Shown here: piece by piece, positions 28,390 to 38,580 of the stretch | Numbering within the stretch: the stretch's first letter is position 1 | Layout: each line of letters opens with the position of its first letter | From: an uncultured Halanaerobiales bacterium | Lineage (GTDB): Bacteria; Bacillota; Halanaerobiia; B1SED10-174 | Direction of reading: 5' to 3' | NCBI GenBank assembly: GCA_964568715.1 | Contig: CAZMQU010000001.1 | Span: 23,932-87,931 of the forward strand | Length of the DNA: 64,000 nucleotides | The notes under the pieces: model-generated | What the model was told of the DNA's origin: nothing | The model's database searches: none | What the model saw: only the letters and a program-made list of their open reading frames with translations | Program-made: the position numbers and the translations under genes

Positions 28390-29446
28390 TATTGCAATTA
28401 TCGGTGCAGGCCCCGCCGGTATGGCAGCTGCTAAACAGGCTGCTTCTTATGGGGCAAAAATACTCCTTATCGAAAGGGACAACTGGTTGGGGGGGCAGCT
28501 GGTCAAGCAAACCCACCGTTTTTTTGGGTCAAAAAGTGAGTTTGCCGGGACCCGCGGCATTGCAATTACCCAACTATTATGCGATGAGATCGAAAAAAAT
28601 GACAAGATTACGGTTTTGAAAGACGCAACTGCCTTGGGGTACTATGATGACGGTGTTTTGACAATTTCCCACGACGGGAAGATGTTGCGCGTATCGCCGA
28701 AGCTGCTGATAGTGGCAACGGGTGCTATGGAAAAGATGATTCCTTTCCGCAATAACGATTTGCCCGGTGTTTACGGTGCCGGCGGAGTGCAAACTTTGAT
28801 GAACTTATACGGTGTAAAGCCGGGACATAAGGTTTTGATGATTGGTGCCGGCAATATCGGTTTGATTGTCAGTTATCAATTGATGCAAGCCGGTGTAGAA
28901 GTGAGTGCGGTAATAGAAGGTATGCCCACCATCGGCGGTTATCTGGTCCATGCTTCCAAGATACGTCGTTTGGGTATTCCCATAATGACGAGCCACACAA
29001 TTACCCGCGCTATCGGCAAGGAATATGTTGAAGGTGCTGAAATTGTCCAAATAGATAAAAACTGGCAACCCATTCAGGGAACAAGCAAAATTCTTGATGT
29101 CGACGTAATTTGCTTGGCTGTCGGTTTGGCCCCTTTGATTGAAATCTTGGGACAGGCAAACTGCCAAATGAAATATTGCGGTGCTCTGGGCGGATTGGTA
29201 CCTTTGCGGGATGAATTGCTGGAGACGACAATCGAAGGAGTATATGTTGCCGGAGATGCTGCAGGAGTGGAGGAGGCAACGGCTGCCATTTTGGAAGGAC
29301 AATTGGCCGGTTGTGCTGCCGCCCAAAAACTCGGTTTTGCTGTACCGGCTGAAGATATCAGTAAAGTTCGTAAATCTTTGGATGCCCTGAGATCAGGTCC
29401 TGTCTGTGAACATATAGTCGAGGGCCTGGCAATGGTTCGGAGGTGA
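28376..29446 (+). CDS. FAD/NAD(P)-dependent oxidoreductase (alpha-subunit core)
   Basis: IIGAGPAG, LGGQL, VATGAME, IGAGNIG, YVAGDA; ATG at 28376. Confidence 0.88.
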   Translation: MSAFDIAIIGAGPAGMAAAKQAASYGAKILLIERDNWLGGQLVKQTHRFFGSKSEFAGTRGIAITQLLCDEIEKNDKITVLKDATALGYYDDGVLTISHDGKMLRVSPKLLIVATGAMEKMIPFRNNDLPGVYGAGGVQTLMNLYGVKPGHKVLMIGAGNIGLIVSYQLMQAGVEVSAVIEGMPTIGGYLVHASKIRRLGIPIMTSHTITRAIGKEYVEGAEIVQIDKNWQPIQGTSKILDVDVICLAVGLAPLIEILGQANCQMKYCGALGGLVPLRDELLETTIEGVYVAGDAAGVEEATAAILEGQLAGCAAAQKLGFAVPAEDISKVRKSLDALRSGPVCEHIVEGLAMVRR

Positions 29447-29450
29447 TGTA

Positions 29451-29954
29451 ATGCTGGAAAATACAGGTGTACCAACAAGAGAAGATATTGAAAAGGTTCT
29501 GCCTTCAGAAGAGAGACTTAAAAAGGGCCCTGTCGCCGTAATTGAGTGTTTTCAAAAAATACCTTGCGACCCCTGCTACCACAGTTGTCTGCGGGGTGCA
29601 ATCAACCCTTTGATTGATATCAACGATTTGCCTATAGTAGACCATGAAAGATGTAACGGATGTAGTTTATGCATTACTAACTGTCCCGGACTGGCAATCT
29701 TTATCATCGATGCCACCTATAGCGAAGATGAAGCTTTAATTAAAATGCCTTACGAAATGAGACCGTTACCTGAAGAAGGAGAGATTGTTACTTCTCTTAA
29801 CCGGGAAGGTGAAGCAGTGGGAGAAGGTAGAATTGTTAAGGTCGAACTGAGAAAAAGGCATGACAAGACGGCAATAGTATCTATGGCTGTTCCAAAAAAA
29901 GATTTACATGAAGTCCGTAATTTTCAACTAAGGGGGGCTACCGGTGAAAGATAA
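29451..29954 (+). CDS. 4Fe-4S ferredoxin-domain subunit
   Basis: ECFQKIPCDPCYHSC and CNGCSLCITNCPG clusters. Confidence 0.88.
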   Translation: MLENTGVPTREDIEKVLPSEERLKKGPVAVIECFQKIPCDPCYHSCLRGAINPLIDINDLPIVDHERCNGCSLCITNCPGLAIFIIDATYSEDEALIKMPYEMRPLPEEGEIVTSLNREGEAVGEGRIVKVELRKRHDKTAIVSMAVPKKDLHEVRNFQLRGATGER

Positions 29955-30228
29955 TGACGATATCATCCTATGTTTCTGCGAAGACATCACGCGGGGAGAA
30001 GTTCGCCAGGCGGTGAAGGAAGGTATTACCACCTTGGAAGCTTTGAAAAGACTGCTTCGCTGCGGAATGGGGCGTTGCCAGGGTAAAACTTGTGAAAACC
30101 TCATTGTCAATGAAATTATGGCTTTGACCGGCAAAAGCAGGGAGGAAGTCTTGCGGCCCAAAAAGCGACCCATGACTGTTGGGATACCCATAGAAGATGT
30201 TGCTAGGAGTGTAGAATATGAGGAATAA
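29944..30228 (+). CDS. BFD-like (2Fe-2S) subunit
   Basis: CFCEDIT, KRLLRCGMGRCQGKTC, RP.TV. Confidence 0.85.
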   Translation: MKDNDDIILCFCEDITRGEVRQAVKEGITTLEALKRLLRCGMGRCQGKTCENLIVNEIMALTGKSREEVLRPKKRPMTVGIPIEDVARSVEYEE

Positions 30229-31363
30229 AGCTGATGTTGTAATTATTGGTGGCGGAGTTGTTGGTTGTTCCATTGCTTACAATTTGGCTAAGCTTGGTTG
30301 TACAGATGTGGTTATATTGGAAAAAGAATATCTGACATCCGGTTCAACCGGTCGATGTGGTGCCGGAATCAGACAGCAATGGGGTACTGAAATGAACTGC
30401 ATGTTGGCTAAGACCAGCATGGATATTTTTGAAAAAATGAACGAAATGCTCGATTATAAAAGGGATGTTGAAATCAGGCAAAGCGGTTATCTGATTTTGG
30501 CCTATTCTGAAAAAGAAGTCGAGCAGTTTAAGAAAAATATAGAATTACAAAAGAAAATGGGTATAATATCGCATCTTTTGACTCCCGCAGAGGCAAAAGA
30601 AATCGTTCCTCATCTAAATACAGAAGGTCTTTTGGCAGCTACCTATTGTGATAGGGACGGCCATGCCAACCCCTTTCATGTAACCCAGGCTTATGCGGAG
30701 GCAGCGGAACGTTTGGGTGTAGAGATCAACACCTACACGGAGTGTACGGAAATATTAAGGGAGGGCGGAAAAATTGTCGGAGTGAATACCAATCGGGGCA
30801 AAATAGCAACTGACACTGTTATTAATGCTGCCGGTGGGTATTCTGCTGAAGTTGCTGCTATGGTAGGAGTTGAATTGCCCATATATTCCGAACGACATCA
30901 AATTCTCGTTACGGAACCGGTAAATCCAATCCAAGAACCGATGGTAATGTCTTTTTCTCGCAACATATACTGTCAGCAGGTTCCCCACGGTTCCTTTGTA
31001 ATGGGTTATGGCGATCCGACCGAACTGAAGGGTCATGATATCGGTCACAGCTGGCAATTTTTAATGAGAATGACCAAAGTAATAACCGATATTTTACCTC
31101 TTTTGGGGAAGATTCGTATCGTTCGTCAATGGTCAGGTTCTTACAATATTACGCCCGATGCCCAGCCGGTTATTTGCGAGGCTGAAGATGTGCCCGGTTT
31201 CTTTATGGCTGTGGGTTTTAGCGGCCACGGCTTCATGATTGCCCCTGTTACCGGAATTCTTGTAGCGGAAATGGTACTAGGCAAAGAACTAACCATTCCG
31301 ATTAAGCTGGATTATGGCAGATTTGCCCGCGGCGAGTTGATTTTGGAACCCTCCGTCGTTTAA
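30218..31363 (+). CDS. FAD-dependent amine/imino-acid oxidase (sarcosine oxidase beta / proline dehydrogenase beta-like)
   Basis: IIGGGVVG, GSTGRCGAGIRQQW, WSGSYNITPDAQPVI, GFSGHGFM. Confidence 0.88.
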   Translation: MRNKADVVIIGGGVVGCSIAYNLAKLGCTDVVILEKEYLTSGSTGRCGAGIRQQWGTEMNCMLAKTSMDIFEKMNEMLDYKRDVEIRQSGYLILAYSEKEVEQFKKNIELQKKMGIISHLLTPAEAKEIVPHLNTEGLLAATYCDRDGHANPFHVTQAYAEAAERLGVEINTYTECTEILREGGKIVGVNTNRGKIATDTVINAAGGYSAEVAAMVGVELPIYSERHQILVTEPVNPIQEPMVMSFSRNIYCQQVPHGSFVMGYGDPTELKGHDIGHSWQFLMRMTKVITDILPLLGKIRIVRQWSGSYNITPDAQPVICEAEDVPGFFMAVGFSGHGFMIAPVTGILVAEMVLGKELTIPIKLDYGRFARGELILEPSVV

Positions 31364-31562
31364 ATCAAAACAGTTTGCCTCATTTCCGGCTTGAGAAATT
31401 ATAAGGCTTGGTAGTTCTATGGCTTCAAGACTTTTTGATCGGTAAAAGCCGGAGCGACGTTTCAGTTTATTAAAGCGGGCCCACCTGATATAATATATTT
31501 GGTGGGCTCGTTTTATTGGCAAACCACCATTCTTATTAAAATATTGTCGGGGAGGTTTATTA

Positions 31563-32318
31563 ATGGGTAATCATTTGGAAATTTCGGAGGAGAAGGGATA
31601 TTTTCTGGTGACGATTGACCGACCGAAGCAGCTAAATGCACTTAATCGGCAGTTATTGGAAGAACTCCATAGCTGGTTGACAGAACATCGGAATTCCCGG
31701 AAAACGTTGATTATTACCGGCAGCGGTAATAAATCCTTTGTTGCCGGGGCAGATATTGCGGCCATGAAGGATATGACACCCCAAGAGGCAGCGGAATTTT
31801 CTCATTTGGGTCAAGGCGTCTTTGCCAAAATTTATGAATGGCCGCTACCGACCATTGCCGCTATCAATGGTTATGCTTTGGGCGGCGGTTGTGAATTGGC
31901 TTTGGCTTGTGATTTGCGCTACATGAAGAAGACGACAAGAATCGGCCAACCGGAAATTGGTTTGGGAATCATTCCCGGCTTCGGCGGTACTTACTTTTTA
32001 AAGAAGGTTGTCGGGGAGGCCTTAGCCAAGGAACTGATTTTTACCGGCCGCCAAGTTGACGGGGTGGAAGCTGAACGCATCGGCTTGGTCAGTAAAGCCC
32101 TAAGTGAGGAGGGTTTTTTGGAAAATGTTATTGAGCTGGCCAGGCCTTTGATTGAAGGATCCAGGTCGGCTTTGGCGACTGCTAAGGAAGCAATAAATGA
32201 AGCTGATATCCTCAAAGAGCTAGGGCGGGAACGCCGTCTGTTTGCTGATTTATTTACCGGTCGCGACCAAAAAGAGGGTATGGAAGCCTTCTTGACTAAA
32301 AGGAAACCTTGCTTTTAA
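31563..32318 (+). CDS. Enoyl-CoA hydratase (crotonase family)
   Basis: RPKQLNAL, FVAGADI, NGYALGGGCELALACD, GQPEIGLGIIPGFGGT. Confidence 0.92.
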   Translation: MGNHLEISEEKGYFLVTIDRPKQLNALNRQLLEELHSWLTEHRNSRKTLIITGSGNKSFVAGADIAAMKDMTPQEAAEFSHLGQGVFAKIYEWPLPTIAAINGYALGGGCELALACDLRYMKKTTRIGQPEIGLGIIPGFGGTYFLKKVVGEALAKELIFTGRQVDGVEAERIGLVSKALSEEGFLENVIELARPLIEGSRSALATAKEAINEADILKELGRERRLFADLFTGRDQKEGMEAFLTKRKPCF

Positions 32319-32467
32319 TTTTTCTTTCGTAGGATAATCCTTGTCGACTTATACATTTTCATAAATAAGTGCCCCGCAACAGACTTTAGAAAAAATTATA
32401 CTTTTAAATATTTATTGCCATGTTAATATTTTCAGACGGTTATTATCACTATTATCAATATTAGTTG

Positions 32468-32496
32468 TTGTCAAAATCATCTTTCCCATATATAAT
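32468..32496 (+). promoter_or_regulatory. sigma-A promoter of tRNA cluster
   Basis: TTGTCA-N17-TATAAT. Confidence 0.7.
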
Positions 32497-32513
32497 AGTT
32501 TACGGAGTCAGTT

Positions 32514-32599
<86 letters not shown>

Positions 32600-32607
32600 T
32601 TTATTAC

Positions 32608-32685
32608 GGTGGGTGTAGCTCAGGTGGTTAGAGCGCAGGATTGTGGATCCTGAGGCCGTGGGTTCAAATCCCATCACTCACCCCA
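32608..32685 (+). tRNA. tRNA-His(GTG)
   Basis: CAGGA-TTGTGGA-TCCTG, G-1 and C73. Confidence 0.96.
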
Positions 32686-32686
32686 A

Positions 32687-32773
32687 GCGAAGGTGGTGGA
32701 ATTGGCAGACACGCTAGACTTAGGATCTAGTGGGCTTATACCCTTGGGGGTTCAAATCCCCCCCTTCGCACCA
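32687..32773 (+). tRNA. tRNA-Leu(TAG)
   Basis: CTAGA-CTTAGGA-TCTAG, variable arm, CCA. Confidence 0.95.
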
Positions 32774-32776
32774 TAC

Positions 32777-32853
<77 letters not shown>

Positions 32854-33023
32854 AATCGGTATCTTTTTACAAGCATCCTCTTCTTTCCATGAAAGATATG
32901 GATGCTGTTTTTTTAGCAATTTTGACAAGCAAATAGATAGTAAACAAGTTTATTTCAATTCTGCAATATTAAAAGGAATAGCGGGCTAAATGGGGAAATT
33001 ATTATATTTAGAAAGGTGAAAAT

Positions 33024-34349
33024 ATGTATTCATATTACTTGCACAGTTTGGGTTGCCCTAAAAATGATATAGACAGTGAAGCCTTGGAGGGTATCTTACG
33101 GGAGGAAGGTTTTAACCACGTCAAAGATCCGGCTGAGGCTGATTTTATAATTATCAATACTTGCGGTTTTATAGAGACGGCAAAGCGGGAATCTATCGAT
33201 GCTATTCTTTCTGCTGCTCAATATGATGCTCAATTGATTGTTGTCGGTTGCCTCAGCCAACGTTACGGTGATGAACTATTTGCGGCCATACCGGAAATCG
33301 ACATCATGCTCGGCGTAGGAGTGGGCAAAGAATTTCGCTCCGTCTTAGCGGAGATTAAAAAAGGTTCTTTACCGAAGCGATATTTTGCTCTTGCTGAACC
33401 TTATAGCGAAGGAGATTATCAATATTTAAAGCGCTCCGGTGCAATCAAGCATTTTCGTTATTTGAAGATAGCTGAGGGTTGTAGTAACCATTGTTCTTAC
33501 TGCACAATACCTCAACTGCGCGGGCCTTTTCAAAGTCGTCCCATGGATGAAATTTTAAGGGAAGCCGAATTGCTTTGTCAGCAAGGAGCCAAGGAATTGA
33601 TTGTCGTTGCTCAAGATACATCTTTGTACGGTAAAGATATATATGGTGAGATCCGTTTGGTTGAATTGTTGCAAGAATTGGCTGCGATTGAAAAATTGGC
33701 TTGGTTGCGGCTGATGTATTTGCAGCCCATCGGTCTGAACGCCGATCTTATTGATCTATTCAGACGGGAGAAAAAGATCTGCCGTTATTTGGATATGCCC
33801 CTCCAGCATGTGGATAGGCAAATATTAAAGCGAATGAACAGGTGGGGTAGTGGGACTGATTTTCGCAAATCCATCAGTGCATTACGCTCTGCCGTTCCTG
33901 ATCTTGCCTTACGAACAACATTTATGGTCGGCTATCCCGGTGAAAGCGAAGCTGATTTTGAGCAACTGTACAATTTCGCCCGGGACATTAATTTTGAAAG
34001 AGCCGGGATTTTTAAGTATTCTAAAGAAGAAGGTACCGTTGCTGCCCTGGCCGATGATCAAATTGCTGAGAAAATAAAGGAGAAAAGATTGTTGCAATTG
34101 AATAAGGTTCTTAGGGATGCAGAATGGTCTTTCAATCAAAATTTTCTTGACCGGGTTGTAGATGTCCTGATCGACCAAAAAGAGGGGTCAACTGCTTGGG
34201 GAAGGACTCAGTGGGATGCTCCCGACATTGATGGGGTCGTTATAGTAGAAAATGCAAATGGAATCAAGATTGGGGAAATATATCCTGTGAGAATTGATAC
34301 AACGTTAGAACAGGAAATTGTAGGAGAGGTTGTCAGTGAATCTACCTAA
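33024..34349 (+). CDS. rimO: Ribosomal protein S12 methylthiotransferase
   Basis: SLGCPKN, NTCGFI, YLKIAEGCSNHCSYCTIP, TRAM domain with GRTQWDAPDIDG. Confidence 0.93.
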   Translation: MYSYYLHSLGCPKNDIDSEALEGILREEGFNHVKDPAEADFIIINTCGFIETAKRESIDAILSAAQYDAQLIVVGCLSQRYGDELFAAIPEIDIMLGVGVGKEFRSVLAEIKKGSLPKRYFALAEPYSEGDYQYLKRSGAIKHFRYLKIAEGCSNHCSYCTIPQLRGPFQSRPMDEILREAELLCQQGAKELIVVAQDTSLYGKDIYGEIRLVELLQELAAIEKLAWLRLMYLQPIGLNADLIDLFRREKKICRYLDMPLQHVDRQILKRMNRWGSGTDFRKSISALRSAVPDLALRTTFMVGYPGESEADFEQLYNFARDINFERAGIFKYSKEEGTVAALADDQIAEKIKEKRLLQLNKVLRDAEWSFNQNFLDRVVDVLIDQKEGSTAWGRTQWDAPDIDGVVIVENANGIKIGEIYPVRIDTTLEQEIVGEVVSEST

Positions 34350-34890
34350 TTGGCTTACTACCATAAGAATTGTTTTGATACCGCTCATATTGTTTTTTCT
34401 GCTTACCGATTTTTCGCCTGATTTTGCCGGGCTTGCAGAAATATTGGCTTTTGCTGTTTTTGTCGTTGCTGCAGTAACCGATGCCTTGGATGGTCATTTG
34501 GCTCGCAAAGGCAAGGCAGTAACGGTAACAGGCAAAATTTTGGATCCTTTGGCCGATAAATTATTGGTTTCCGGTGTCCTTATTGCCCTTTTGGATTTGG
34601 GCCGCATAACCGCCTGGCCTGTTTTTTTAATTATCAGCCGGGAATTTGCTGTAACCGGCCTGCGTTTGATTGCCTTGATCGACGGCAAAACTATTGCTTC
34701 CAGCATTTTGGGTAAGATAAAGACAATTTTGCAAACCTTGACGATTGTCGCTTTCTTAATCCCCTCCGGCATTGTTAGTATCCCGGCAAACGTTACGAAT
34801 ACCTTGCTATGGGTCAGCGTATTGTTTACCCTTTATTCAGGTTTGGATTATTATATAAGGGGAAAGGCTGGTAAGGGTGTTAATGTTTAG
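34330..34890 (+). CDS. pgsA: CDP-diacylglycerol--glycerol-3-phosphate 3-phosphatidyltransferase
   Basis: NLPNWLT, TDALDGHLARK...GKILDPLADK. Confidence 0.95.
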   Translation: MSVNLPNWLTTIRIVLIPLILFFLLTDFSPDFAGLAEILAFAVFVVAAVTDALDGHLARKGKAVTVTGKILDPLADKLLVSGVLIALLDLGRITAWPVFLIISREFAVTGLRLIALIDGKTIASSILGKIKTILQTLTIVAFLIPSGIVSIPANVTNTLLWVSVLFTLYSGLDYYIRGKAGKGVNV

Positions 34891-35027
34891 CAAACGACAT
34901 TAATCAGCTTGTAAGTATAGCTATATTTCTGTTTCCATAGATTACATGCCTACAACCCTCCATGGGTTGTATTTTTCATGTTATAATATAGACAAATTTG
35001 TAGCCGTATAATTCAGGAGGATTGGCG

Positions 35028-35573
35028 ATGCTAAAAAATTTGAACTGGCATTTTCTAATAATGGTTGTTTTAGCCTCTTTATTGGTTTTTGGCGGGACGG
35101 CTTATTATTACAAACAAAAAAAAGTTGAAAGAGTGAATGCCTATTTGGCCGCCATGCCCGGTATCGAAAATTGGCAATTAGATAAAAAAGGCAATCATTT
35201 GGTAGTTGCTTTCAAGCCAATGGATGCTGAAAATTGGCCGGCCCTTTGGCGGGAAATTGATGTGGAATTGAAGGATTTATGGGGGGAGGAACATTCCTTG
35301 CAAATCCTTGCTGAACCTAACGCCAAGCTCTACCAAGCTTTGGAAGATATGAAATTTCCCCTATACGAAGGTGTTGAGCGGGGTAACTTGGTTGAAATGA
35401 AAAAAACTATTGAAAGCTTGGCAATGGAACTGGGAATTGATGATATGAATTTGGCGGTAGATGAAAAGAACGTTTACTTGGTCTTAAAACTCGGAGATAG
35501 AGAACTTTATGAAGTTACGGAGCGCAAATGCAGCCGCTTGCCGCAAAGCAGGGAGGTGGAGGGGCAATGGTGA
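35028..35573 (+). CDS. Membrane-anchored hypothetical protein
   Basis: RBS AGGAGG, N-terminal TM helix, overlaps next gene. Confidence 0.75.
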   Translation: MLKNLNWHFLIMVVLASLLVFGGTAYYYKQKKVERVNAYLAAMPGIENWQLDKKGNHLVVAFKPMDAENWPALWREIDVELKDLWGEEHSLQILAEPNAKLYQALEDMKFPLYEGVERGNLVEMKKTIESLAMELGIDDMNLAVDEKNVYLVLKLGDRELYEVTERKCSRLPQSREVEGQW

Positions 35574-37057
35574 AGGAAGCCGGTATAGGGGTATCGTTAG
35601 CTTTAATAATATTTTTGCTTTGGCAGGGAGTTAATATATTGCCCTTAGTTTTTTTGTTGGGCTTGGGTTATTTTCTCGTGTACATGATTGAAGGGCGGGG
35701 ATTGGGCAATAATGTCGGTAAAATAAAAAACCAAAGAAGCGATAAAACTATTTCTTTTGAGGAAATTGGCGGGCAGGAAAGAGCTAAAAACGAATTGCTG
35801 GAATCACTGAATTTTATTTTGCAGGAAAGAGAAATCAAGGGCCTTGGTATAAGACCCATCAAGGGGATTTTGTTAAGTGGTCCGCCGGGAACGGGTAAGA
35901 CCCTTTTGGCCCGTGCCGCGGCCGGTTATGCCGACTCGATCTTTCTTGCTGCTTCCGGAGGGGAATTTGTAGAAATGTATGCCGGTGTCGGTGCCAAACG
36001 AATTCGCGGTCTCTTTAAGGAAGCCAAAGAGAGAATCAAAACATCGCCGACCAAAAGCGGTATTATTTTCATCGATGAGATCGATGTTTTGGGTTCAAAA
36101 CGTGGCCAGGTAGCCAGCCACATGGAGTATGACCAGACATTAAATCAGCTCTTGGTGGAGATGGATGGCTTGGATAACGAAATGGAAGGCAAAATTTTGG
36201 TTTTGGCGGCAACAAACCGTATCGAAGCTTTGGATGATGCCCTTTTACGGCCGGGGCGGTTCGATCGGATTGTCCGGGTGGATCTGCCTTGCCGGCAGGG
36301 GCGCTTGCATATTTTAAAGATTCATACGAAAGGAAAACCTTTGGCGGAATCGGTGTCCTTGGAGAAGGTGGCCCGGGAAACCTTTGGTTTTTCAGGTGCT
36401 CATCTGGAGAGCTTGGCTAACGAAGCGGCCATTCTGGCTTTGCGGGAAGAAAAAAATGAAATTGAACAAGGTCATTTTCTGGAGGCCATTGAAAAGGTTA
36501 TGTTGGGAGAGAAGACAGAAACAGTTCCCTCCCGGCAGGAAAAGAAGAGAATCAGCATCCATGAGACGGGCCATGCCTTTTTAAGCGAAATTCTTTTTCC
36601 GGGTTCGGTGGCTAACATTACTGTTTCACCGCGGGGTGGTGCTTTGGGTTATGTAAGGCAAAGGCCGCCGGCCGACAATTATTTACAAACCCAAGAAGAT
36701 ATCTTAAAGGCCATCTCGGTAAAGATCGCCGGTACACTTGCCGAAGAGGAATTTTTGGGCAGCAAAAGTACGGGGGCTATGCAGGACTTGAAAGAGGTTC
36801 ATGACTTGGCCAGATTGCTGGTCAAGGCGGGGATGTCTTCTTTGGGCTATGTAGATTGGGAAAATCTGCCGCAAGGCTTGTGGCATCAAGCCATCTCGGA
36901 GATTGTAACAAACTGTCAGAAAAATGTCCGTGAAACCTTGCAGGGCAATAAAGATATATTCCAAAATATTGCTGACGAGCTTTTACGGGAGGAGAGCATG
37001 ACCGGCAGTCAACTTCGAGAATTAATGGCGGACAGCGTTGAAGCGGTACAAATTTAA
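35567..37057 (+). CDS. FtsH-like AAA+ ATPase with M41-type protease domain
   Basis: N-terminal TM, GPPGTGKT, IDEID, LRPGRFDR, HETGH, GGALG. Confidence 0.88.
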   Translation: MVKEAGIGVSLALIIFLLWQGVNILPLVFLLGLGYFLVYMIEGRGLGNNVGKIKNQRSDKTISFEEIGGQERAKNELLESLNFILQEREIKGLGIRPIKGILLSGPPGTGKTLLARAAAGYADSIFLAASGGEFVEMYAGVGAKRIRGLFKEAKERIKTSPTKSGIIFIDEIDVLGSKRGQVASHMEYDQTLNQLLVEMDGLDNEMEGKILVLAATNRIEALDDALLRPGRFDRIVRVDLPCRQGRLHILKIHTKGKPLAESVSLEKVARETFGFSGAHLESLANEAAILALREEKNEIEQGHFLEAIEKVMLGEKTETVPSRQEKKRISIHETGHAFLSEILFPGSVANITVSPRGGALGYVRQRPPADNYLQTQEDILKAISVKIAGTLAEEEFLGSKSTGAMQDLKEVHDLARLLVKAGMSSLGYVDWENLPQGLWHQAISEIVTNCQKNVRETLQGNKDIFQNIADELLREESMTGSQLRELMADSVEAVQI

Positions 37058-37309
37058 GGATATAATGGATGTAAATGATGCCAACCTTTGGGAAATATCC
37101 ATACCATCGGCAATATACCGGTGGTGCACAAAAACAGGTTACAGGAATGCTTGAGGCAATTATTTAACCTACCCCAATAAAATATTAACGGCCAATAAAA
37201 ATTCGGCATTTTCTCCAATGGTTGCTGCGAATAGTAATAATCGAAAATGAACCGGTTGCGGGATCAAAACCAGACCTTCCGAAATTTACGCCGGGGGCAA
37301 GGAGATGAA

Positions 37310-38560
37310 ATGAGTATGAAGGCAGAGATAATTTCTATAGGCACCGAATTGCTTTTGGGAGACATCGTCAATACCAATGCCGGCACCATTGCCAAAACTT
37401 TAGCGAAGTTGGGAATTGACTTGTATTATATTACTACGGTGGGCGATAATCCGGACCGCATGTTGGCGGCTATAAAGCAGGCTCGGGGCAGGTCCGATCT
37501 GATTATCACTACCGGCGGTCTGGGGCCGACCAGCGATGATATTACGCGCCAAGTCGTAGCCAAAGCCTTCAATCGCCCTCTCTTGACCGATGAGCGGGGC
37601 AAAAAAATGATTGAGACTTATTATGAAAAGAGTGGTCGGGCCGTACCGGCCGGGGCTTTTTCTCAAGCCCTCTATCCGGAGGGCGGTCATTTGATTTTCA
37701 ATGCCCAAGGTACCGCACCTGGTATCTTTGTTGAAGATGAAAATGTTGCTCTGATAGCCATGCCGGGTGTGTCAGAGGAAATGAAGACCATGCTTGCCGG
37801 ACCTGTAACCTCTTTGCTCCAAAAGAAAACAGACGGTTTTATCATCCGGTCGAAAATTTTACGCGTATACGGTAAAGGTGAATCAGAGGTAGAAAATATA
37901 TTGCATGATTTGATTCTTGCTCAAACCAACCCGACCATTGCACCTTTGGCTCAAACCGGCGAAGTCTTGATTCGTTTGACTTGTAAAGCCGAATCAGAGG
38001 AAAAGGCTTTTGATTGCATGGCACCGATTGTTGCCGAGATTGAAAGTCGATTGGGTAAGCATATTTATGGCAGCGATGAAAAAACGATGCCCGCGGCAGT
38101 TGCCGACTTGTTGACCGATAAAGGCTTGACACTTGCTGTGGCAGAATCTTGTACCGGCGGCTTGATTGCTGATCGCTTGACCGATATTCCCGGGGCGTCA
38201 AAATTTCTGAAGGGGGCAATAGTTGCTTACAGCAATGAATTTAAACAAAAGGCTTTAGGAGTTTTACCGGCGACATTGGAAAAATATGGTGCTGTTAGCC
38301 GGGAGGTTGCCCTCGAAATGGTGCGGGGTTTGGAAAAATTGTATAAGGCCGATATTTCTTTGGCGGTAACGGGAATTGCCGGTCCGGACGGGGGCAGTCC
38401 GAAAAAACCCTTGGGGACCGTATGTTTTGCTTATCTTGCCCAAGGCAGCGAGGCCAGCGAAGTTAAACATATATCCTATAAAGATAGGCTGAATACTAAA
38501 ATGATCGCCTCGACCCATGGTTTAGACATTATCCGTCGCTATATAGAAAACAATTTTTAA
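37310..38560 (+). CDS. cinA: Competence/damage-inducible protein CinA
   Basis: IGTELLLG, TGGLGPTSDDIT, AESCTGG, VTGIAGPDGG. Confidence 0.95.
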   Translation: MSMKAEIISIGTELLLGDIVNTNAGTIAKTLAKLGIDLYYITTVGDNPDRMLAAIKQARGRSDLIITTGGLGPTSDDITRQVVAKAFNRPLLTDERGKKMIETYYEKSGRAVPAGAFSQALYPEGGHLIFNAQGTAPGIFVEDENVALIAMPGVSEEMKTMLAGPVTSLLQKKTDGFIIRSKILRVYGKGESEVENILHDLILAQTNPTIAPLAQTGEVLIRLTCKAESEEKAFDCMAPIVAEIESRLGKHIYGSDEKTMPAAVADLLTDKGLTLAVAESCTGGLIADRLTDIPGASKFLKGAIVAYSNEFKQKALGVLPATLEKYGAVSREVALEMVRGLEKLYKADISLAVTGIAGPDGGSPKKPLGTVCFAYLAQGSEASEVKHISYKDRLNTKMIASTHGLDIIRRYIENNF

Positions 38561-38580
38561 ATGTGGAAAAGGATGCCGCA

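Noticed and set aside
37068-37160. 29-aa ORF between the FtsH-like gene and cinA
   Set aside because: Weak RBS and no recognisable similarity in any frame
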